Notes under the pieces: model-generated
What the model was told of the DNA's origin: nothing
Database searches by the model: none
The model's input: the letters and a program-made list of their open reading frames with translations, nothing else
DNA from: Candidatus Latescibacterota bacterium
GTDB lineage: Bacteria; Latescibacterota; UBA2968
Direction: 5' to 3'
NCBI GenBank assembly: GCA_965205975.1
Contig: OZ242195.1
Coordinates: forward strand, 2,592,001 to 2,656,000
Length of the DNA: 64,000 bases
In this document: positions 57,731-64,000 of the stretch, piece after piece
Position numbering within the stretch: the stretch's first letter is position 1
Layout: each line of letters starts with the position of its first letter
Program-made: the position numbers and the translations under genes

Positions 57731-59563
57731 ATGAAAACTATTTTATTCGCGCTGGTATTGAGTCTATTGGTTGTCGCAATGCCATTGGCAGATCAGCCCA
57801 ATTATAAAGGGCACGCGATCTCGATGTACGGCGACTTAAAATACGCGCCTGACTTCAAGCACTTCGACTATGCCAACCCCAACGCTCCCAAAGGCGGCAC
57901 CGTGAAAAGGAGTGCTGGCGGCACCTATGATTGCTTGAATCAATTCATCCTCAAAGGCGTGTCGGCTTATGGCTTGGGGTTGATCTACGATTCATTGACA
58001 GAGCGTTCACTGGACGAGCCTTTCTCTGAATACGGTTTGCTCGCAGAGTCGATAGAAGTGCCCCCTGACCGCTCATGGGCACTCTTTACACTGCGCGCTG
58101 GCGCACGGTGGCACGATGGCAAACCCATTACCCCGGAAGATGTCGTTTTTACTTTTGAAACAATTCAAACCAAAGGCCACCCTTTTTATCGAAATTATTA
58201 TGCGGATATCAAACAGATTGAAAAGGTTGGCGAGCGGCAGGTAAAATTCACATTTGGCGGAAAGGACAATCGAGAATTGCCCCTCATTGTCGGTCAAATG
58301 GCGATCTTGCCCAAACACTATTGGGAAGGCAAAAATTTTGAAGAAACAACACTGGAACCGCCCCTCGGCAGTGGACCTTACAAAATTGAAGCACACGATC
58401 CCGGGCGTTCGATCACATACCGACGTATCGAAAATTATTGGGGCACTGATCTGCCGATAAAAAAAGGACGCTATAATCCAGACGTCATTCACTACGATTA
58501 TTACAAAGACGGGACCGTAGCAACCGAAGCACAAAAAGGCGGTGAATTTGATTTTGCATTGCAAAACAATTCCAAGTCGTGGGCAACAGCGTACGATATT
58601 CCGGCTGTAGCCGAAGGCAGATTGATAAAGGAATTAATCCCGCACGAAAATGGCACCGGCATGCAGGGATTCTGGTTTAACACGCGACGCAGCAAATTTG
58701 CCGATCCCAAAGTGCGACACGCACTGGCCCATGCATTTGATTTTGAATGGACCAATACCAATCTGTTTTACGGGCAATACGCGCGTTCAACGAGTTATTT
58801 TTCCAACACAGAACTCGCCTCGTCGGGACTGCCCCAGGGACAGGAACTCGAAATATTAGAAGCATTTCGCGGACAGATCCCCGAAGAAGTATTTACCGCA
58901 GAATACAAACCACCCACAACAGATGGATCTGGCAATATTCGCCAGAATTTGCGCGTGGCCGCACGAATGTTGAAAGCAGCCGGGTGGTCCGTAAAAGAAG
59001 GGAAGCTCACCAACGATGCATCTGGCGAAACCATGATAATTGAATTTTTGATCAATAACTCGCCTTCGTGGGAGCGCATTGTAGGACCATATATCCAAAA
59101 TCTGGAGCGACTCGGCGTAGAAGCGACAATTAAAATTGTAGATACATCGCAATATCAAAATCGCGTTCAAGAATACGATTTTGATGCTATTGTAAGCCTC
59201 AGGGGACAGTCACTAAGCCCGGGCAACGAACAGCGCGGTTACTGGACATCGGCAGCTGCGGATGAACCCGGTACGAGAAATTACGCGGGCATCAAAGATC
59301 CCGTCGTAGATACCTTGATAGATCAGCTAATCAACGCACCCGATAGAAAAACCCTCGTATCAACCACCCGCGCACTGGATCGCGTACTCCTGTGGGGGCA
59401 CTACGTGGTACCGCACTGGCATATCCGCACGCACCGCGTGGTATATTGGAACAAATTTGGCAAACCCGATATTTCGCCCAGGTACCTGCCTCAACCCTGG
59501 CAGTATTTCCCCGATACGTGGTGGGTTGATGCTGCAAAAGAAGCGGCATTAAAGAAAAATTAA
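57731..59563 (+). CDS. yejA: Peptide ABC transporter substrate-binding protein
   Basis: Signal peptide; KY-DF-HFDYANPNAPKGG, PLGSGPY and RALDRVL motifs. Confidence 0.9.
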   Translation: MKTILFALVLSLLVVAMPLADQPNYKGHAISMYGDLKYAPDFKHFDYANPNAPKGGTVKRSAGGTYDCLNQFILKGVSAYGLGLIYDSLTERSLDEPFSEYGLLAESIEVPPDRSWALFTLRAGARWHDGKPITPEDVVFTFETIQTKGHPFYRNYYADIKQIEKVGERQVKFTFGGKDNRELPLIVGQMAILPKHYWEGKNFEETTLEPPLGSGPYKIEAHDPGRSITYRRIENYWGTDLPIKKGRYNPDVIHYDYYKDGTVATEAQKGGEFDFALQNNSKSWATAYDIPAVAEGRLIKELIPHENGTGMQGFWFNTRRSKFADPKVRHALAHAFDFEWTNTNLFYGQYARSTSYFSNTELASSGLPQGQELEILEAFRGQIPEEVFTAEYKPPTTDGSGNIRQNLRVAARMLKAAGWSVKEGKLTNDASGETMIIEFLINNSPSWERIVGPYIQNLERLGVEATIKIVDTSQYQNRVQEYDFDAIVSLRGQSLSPGNEQRGYWTSAAADEPGTRNYAGIKDPVVDTLIDQLINAPDRKTLVSTTRALDRVLLWGHYVVPHWHIRTHRVVYWNKFGKPDISPRYLPQPWQYFPDTWWVDAAKEAALKKN

Positions 59564-59568
59564 GTGTT

Positions 59569-60675
59569 ATGGGATCCTATATTTTAAGACGGTTTTTGCT
59601 ATTCTTCCCAACGCTACTCGGCGTCATGGTGATCAATTTTCTGATCATTCAAGCCGCGCCCGGTGGCCCTGTCGAGCAAGCCATTGCGCAGATACAGGGA
59701 CATGAAGTAGATGCGTCTGCCCGCGTGAGTGGTGATGGCGGCGAACTATCATCCACCCAAACCCAGCGACAGCGCAGTGAGGGATCAACGAGCAAATACC
59801 GCGGCGCGCAAGGGCTTGACCCCGACCTAATCGCGGAATTGGAGCGGATGTATGGCTTTGACAAACCGGCTCATGAACGCTTCTATCAGATGATAGTGCG
59901 CTATTTGCAATTCGACTTTGGCGAGAGTTTTTATCGCGATCAAACCGTTGTCGATATCGTTCTGGACAAAATGCCCGTGTCGATCTCCCTCGGCTTGTGG
60001 ACGACATTACTCGTTTATCTGATCTCAATTCCACTGGGCGTGACCAAAGCCGTGCGCGACGGATCCAAATTCGACATATGGACCTCAGGCGTGATCGTCA
60101 TAGGCAATGCCGTGCCGGGATTTATGTTTGCGATCTTCTTAATCGTATTATTTGCCGGTGGCAGTTATTTCGACTTTTTTCCCCTGCGAGGATTGACCTC
60201 CCCCGAATGGGACCAGTTTGGCCTACTTCACAAAATCACCGACTATTTCTGGCACCTCGCACTGCCCATCGCATCCATGGTAATTGGTGGATTTGCCGGA
60301 TTGACCCTCTTGACAAAAAATTCGTTTCTGGACGAAATCAACAAACAATACGTCATGACAGCACGGGCAAAGGGATTGGAAGAGCGCCGCGTATTGTACG
60401 GACACGTTTTTCGCAACGCGATGCTAATCGTGATTGCGGGATTCCCCAGCGCATTTGTCAATATCTTGTTCACGGGTTCACTACTGACCGAGATTATCTT
60501 TTCACTCGATGGATTGGGCCTCCTGGGCTATGAAGCCACAGTCAACCGCGATTATCCAATCATGTTTGCCACGCTTTACTTTTTTACCTTGCTGGGATTG
60601 GTAATGCAACTGGTAAGTGACTTGACTTATACACTGATAGATCCGAGGATTGATTTTGAAAGCAGAGAAGTATAG
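59569..60675 (+). CDS. yejB: Peptide ABC transporter permease
   Basis: QAAPGGPVEQ, YRGAQGL and TKNSFLDEI-KQYV-TARAKG motifs. Confidence 0.92.
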   Translation: MGSYILRRFLLFFPTLLGVMVINFLIIQAAPGGPVEQAIAQIQGHEVDASARVSGDGGELSSTQTQRQRSEGSTSKYRGAQGLDPDLIAELERMYGFDKPAHERFYQMIVRYLQFDFGESFYRDQTVVDIVLDKMPVSISLGLWTTLLVYLISIPLGVTKAVRDGSKFDIWTSGVIVIGNAVPGFMFAIFLIVLFAGGSYFDFFPLRGLTSPEWDQFGLLHKITDYFWHLALPIASMVIGGFAGLTLLTKNSFLDEINKQYVMTARAKGLEERRVLYGHVFRNAMLIVIAGFPSAFVNILFTGSLLTEIIFSLDGLGLLGYEATVNRDYPIMFATLYFFTLLGLVMQLVSDLTYTLIDPRIDFESREV

Positions 60676-61756
60676 CACTCGCACTGAGCGCGAAGATCGT
60701 TTTTGGGGTTTTCAGATCTCGAGTCTCACGCGCCGACGCCTGGACAATTTTAAGGCAAATCGACGTGGCTATTACAGCCTGTGGATATTTCTCGTCCTGT
60801 TCGGATTGAGCTTGCCCGCAGAATTTATCGCCAATGACAAACCCCTTTTGGTTCGACACAAGGGGGCATTTTATTTTCCGGTATTAAAAGCCTATCCCGA
60901 AACGCTTTTTGGCGGCGATTTTGAAACCGAGGCAGAGTACCGAGATCCATTTGTAAAAGAATTAATCGAAAAAGACGGATGGATCATCTGGCCTCTGGTG
61001 CCATTTCGATACGACACAATCAACTACGACCTCAAACATCCAGCCCCTGCACCACCTTCTATACAAAACTATCTGGGCACCGATGATCAGGCACGCGATG
61101 TAACCTCGCGATTGCTCTACGGATTCCGGTTATCGGTCTTATTTGCCCTCGCACTCACGGCATTCAGTTCTGTAGTCGGCATTGCAGCCGGCGCAGTACA
61201 GGGCTATCTGGGAGGGTGGGTCGATCTCATTTTTCAAAGATTCATCGAAATTTGGGGCGGATTACCCACCCTGTTTATCCTCATTATTATCGCCAGCATT
61301 ATTGAGCCAACCTTCTGGACCCTCTTGCTCATCATGCTGCTATTCTCCTGGATGCGCCTCGTCGGCGTGGTGCGAGCCGAGTTCTTGCGAGCGCGCAATT
61401 TCGATTTTGTACGCGCCGCACGCGCTCTGGGAGTCAATGACTTGACAATTATGTGGCGACACGTCTTGCCCAATGCCATGGTGGCAACACTGACCTTCTT
61501 GCCCTTTGTGCTCGTGGGATCTGTCACGGTATTGACCTCGCTGGACTTTCTCGGTTTTGGCCTTCCGCCCCCCTCTCCCTCGCTGGGAGAATTGCTCAAC
61601 CAGGGCAAGCGCAATTTGCAGGCTCCCTGGCTGGGTCTATCCGGATTTTTTATTCTGGCAATTATGTTATCGCTACTCGTATTTATCGGCGAGGCCGTGC
61701 GCGATGCATTTGATGTCCGCAAGACCCTGTCGCAAACGGAGGGCAAGAGCGCGTGA
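60656..61756 (+). CDS. yejE: Peptide ABC transporter permease (start uncertain, TTG)
   Basis: FKANRRGYYSL, LGTDDQARDV, VRAEFLRARN and GEAVRDAFD motifs. Confidence 0.9.
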   Translation: MKAEKYSTRTEREDRFWGFQISSLTRRRLDNFKANRRGYYSLWIFLVLFGLSLPAEFIANDKPLLVRHKGAFYFPVLKAYPETLFGGDFETEAEYRDPFVKELIEKDGWIIWPLVPFRYDTINYDLKHPAPAPPSIQNYLGTDDQARDVTSRLLYGFRLSVLFALALTAFSSVVGIAAGAVQGYLGGWVDLIFQRFIEIWGGLPTLFILIIIASIIEPTFWTLLLIMLLFSWMRLVGVVRAEFLRARNFDFVRAARALGVNDLTIMWRHVLPNAMVATLTFLPFVLVGSVTVLTSLDFLGFGLPPPSPSLGELLNQGKRNLQAPWLGLSGFFILAIMLSLLVFIGEAVRDAFDVRKTLSQTEGKSA

Positions 61757-63369
61757 GCTTGTTAAACGTTCAAAATTTGGGCGTGCATTTTCAACTCGAA
61801 GACCAGGTCGTCGAAGCTGTGCGCGGCGTATCGTTTCACATAGAAAAAGGCGAAACCATCGCACTGGTAGGTGAATCGGGTTCGGGCAAATCCGTCTCGG
61901 CACTTTCCGTAATGCAATTGCTGCCCTATCCGCGCGCCTCGCATCCACACGGCAGCGTACAATTTGACGGAGAGGAAATGCTGGGCGCGCCGCAAGAGCG
62001 ACTGCAACAACTGCGCGGCGACCGCATTGCGATGATTTTTCAGGAGCCGATGACCTCCTTGAATCCGCTACACACCATTGAGAAACAGATCGGCGAAACC
62101 CTGATGTTGCACCGCAAAATGACGCGAGCGCAAGCGCGTGAACACACGATAAACTTATTGCAAAAAGTACACTTGCCCGCCCCCGAAACGCGCCTCAAAT
62201 CGTATCCACACCAGCTATCGGGTGGCCAGCGGCAGCGCGTAATGATCGCCATGGCCCTGGCCAATGAGCCGGATTTGCTCATTGCCGATGAGCCTACAAC
62301 TGCGCTGGATGTGACCATCCAGGCACAAATTTTGAAATTGCTCAAAGACCTGCAAGATGAATTTGGCATGGCAATTTTGCTCATCACGCACGACCTGACA
62401 ATCGTGCGGCATGTAGCGGATCGCGTCTATGTGATGACACAGGGGAAAATTGTAGAAGAAGGAAATACTGCACGCATCTTCGATCAGCCGCAACACACCT
62501 ATACACAAAAACTCCTGAATGCACAGCCAAAGGGGACGGCATCCGCGCTGAATGGATCGGCACCCATTGTGGTTGAGGCGGATAATCTGAAAGTATGGTT
62601 CCCCATTCAGCGGGGATTTTTGCGGCGAACCATCGGGCATATAAAAGCCGTAGATGGCATTTCAGTAACCATTCGCGCCGGGCATACCGTCGGCGTTGTC
62701 GGCGAATCCGGATCGGGTAAAACAACATTGGGATTGGCCCTGTTGCGATTGCTGAGCAGTCAGGGACCAATCGAGTTTAACGGACAGGGCATTCAGAACC
62801 TGCCGAGCAAAGTACTCCGCCCCTTGAGGCGAGAGATGCAAATTGTTTTTCAAGACCCCTTCGGATCCTTAAGTCCGCGCCTATCGGTCTTTCACATTAT
62901 CGCCGAGGGATTGCGGGTTCACAACATGGGAGACAGCGATCACAAACGCCGAGACCTCGTAGCAGAAATAATGGACGAAGTAGGACTTGAACCCGAAATG
63001 ATGGACCGGTTTCCACACGAGTTCTCTGGCGGCCAACGGCAGCGCATTGCCATTGCGCGCGCCATGGTACTGCGCCCCCGATTTGTGGTCCTGGACGAAC
63101 CCACAAGTGCGCTGGACATGACCGTGCAGTCCCAAATCATCGACTTGCTCCGGCGCTTGCAAAAAGACCACGATCTGGCTTATTTATTTATCAGCCACGA
63201 CCTGCGGGTCGTGCGCGCACTGGCCAATGAACTCGTCGTAATGAAGGACGGCGTCGTTGTAGAACACGGCGCAACAGAAACCGTATTTGCAAATCCACAA
63301 ACAGATTATACGCGGGAATTGATTACAGCGGCATTTGATATTGATGTTGTTGAAAGCAACCACACCTGA
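61753..63369 (+). CDS. yejF: Peptide ABC transporter ATPase (double NBD)
   Basis: Two GESGSGK Walker A motifs and two SGGQRQR signatures. Confidence 0.92.
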   Translation: MSLLNVQNLGVHFQLEDQVVEAVRGVSFHIEKGETIALVGESGSGKSVSALSVMQLLPYPRASHPHGSVQFDGEEMLGAPQERLQQLRGDRIAMIFQEPMTSLNPLHTIEKQIGETLMLHRKMTRAQAREHTINLLQKVHLPAPETRLKSYPHQLSGGQRQRVMIAMALANEPDLLIADEPTTALDVTIQAQILKLLKDLQDEFGMAILLITHDLTIVRHVADRVYVMTQGKIVEEGNTARIFDQPQHTYTQKLLNAQPKGTASALNGSAPIVVEADNLKVWFPIQRGFLRRTIGHIKAVDGISVTIRAGHTVGVVGESGSGKTTLGLALLRLLSSQGPIEFNGQGIQNLPSKVLRPLRREMQIVFQDPFGSLSPRLSVFHIIAEGLRVHNMGDSDHKRRDLVAEIMDEVGLEPEMMDRFPHEFSGGQRQRIAIARAMVLRPRFVVLDEPTSALDMTVQSQIIDLLRRLQKDHDLAYLFISHDLRVVRALANELVVMKDGVVVEHGATETVFANPQTDYTRELITAAFDIDVVESNHT

Positions 63370-63375
63370 AAAATC

Positions 63376-63753
63376 TCATTTAATTTTTTCATACGTCGTA
63401 TCAGTCTTAGTCTCAAGGGGACCCATGTATCTATGAGCCAGATCCAATACCAGATATGTCAGCAATTCTTCCCAAATTTTACCCACTTCCTCCTTATGGA
63501 TTTCACTCTGAATTTCACTCTGGGTAATAACCAAATTATGAACAAGCGTGGTATCTGTATAGGTTGTGTCTCGACCATCGTTTGTAATTTTACCCCGAAT
63601 TACAGCACCACTGACTCTGACAGAATCCACATGATGTACTATAGTCATATTCTCAAGCCTTACTACTCTGATGCCCGGTGGATCATGATCATCGCAACTG
63701 GCAAGCAGAACGAAACCAGCGATCAGACATAGAAGAGATAGTCGTTTCCGCAT
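63376..63753 (-). CDS. Hypothetical lipoprotein
   Basis: MRKRLSLLCLIAGFVLLASC lipobox; AGGGG RBS. Confidence 0.65.
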   Translation of the reverse strand: MRKRLSLLCLIAGFVLLASCDDHDPPGIRVVRLENMTIVHHVDSVRVSGAVIRGKITNDGRDTTYTDTTLVHNLVITQSEIQSEIHKEEVGKIWEELLTYLVLDLAHRYMGPLETKTDTTYEKIK

Positions 63754-64000
63754 GCTTAAACCCCTTTCAATTCGAGTGGACAATAGAGTCTTTAACTGCA
63801 GTTGCATACCCCCGGGAAAGGATCCCAAAATGGATTTGACGGCACTGATTGACGCGGTGCCATCTCAATTTAAACAAAAACTGATCGCCGAATACAAAAA
63901 TCTGGATATGATCTACTTTCCGCAGTTGTAGGCAACCACTTAGTTGCATTAAGTGATTCGACAAACTCTGGAATCACTTGCTCCCATTCCAGTGTGTTGG

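Noticed and set aside
63767..64000. 3' end of a minus-strand gene at the window edge
   Set aside because: Reading frame ambiguous and no motif recognised

Overview
Gene-dense 64-kb bacterial chromosomal window, mostly carbohydrate and sulfate catabolism: four Cys-type sulfatases, heparinase II/III-like lyase, pectate-lyase-like lipoprotein, DUF1080, NagB, Pgl, amidohydrolases, AKRs and two large DUF6785-like membrane proteins. It also carries a Na+-translocating decarboxylase operon (oadGBA) with birA, a YejABEF transporter, leuB, fluC, dCMP deaminase and a GGDEF protein. Interspersed are many toxin-antitoxin modules (four apparently intact, several decayed or orphan), an Rpn-family gene with an intragenic start, a frameshifted IS1182-family element and several short-repeat families. 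The gene content and a dockerin/EF-hand remnant suggest a Latescibacterota/Poribacteria-like marine or sponge-associated organism (inference only). The clearest signal the ORF track misses is an ArsC-family selenoprotein (15282-15632): in-frame UGA at the Cys12 position, a SECIS-like hairpin and altered active-site arginines. No rRNA, tRNA or CRISPR array was recognised. All family calls are by visual motif recognition; no database searches were run.
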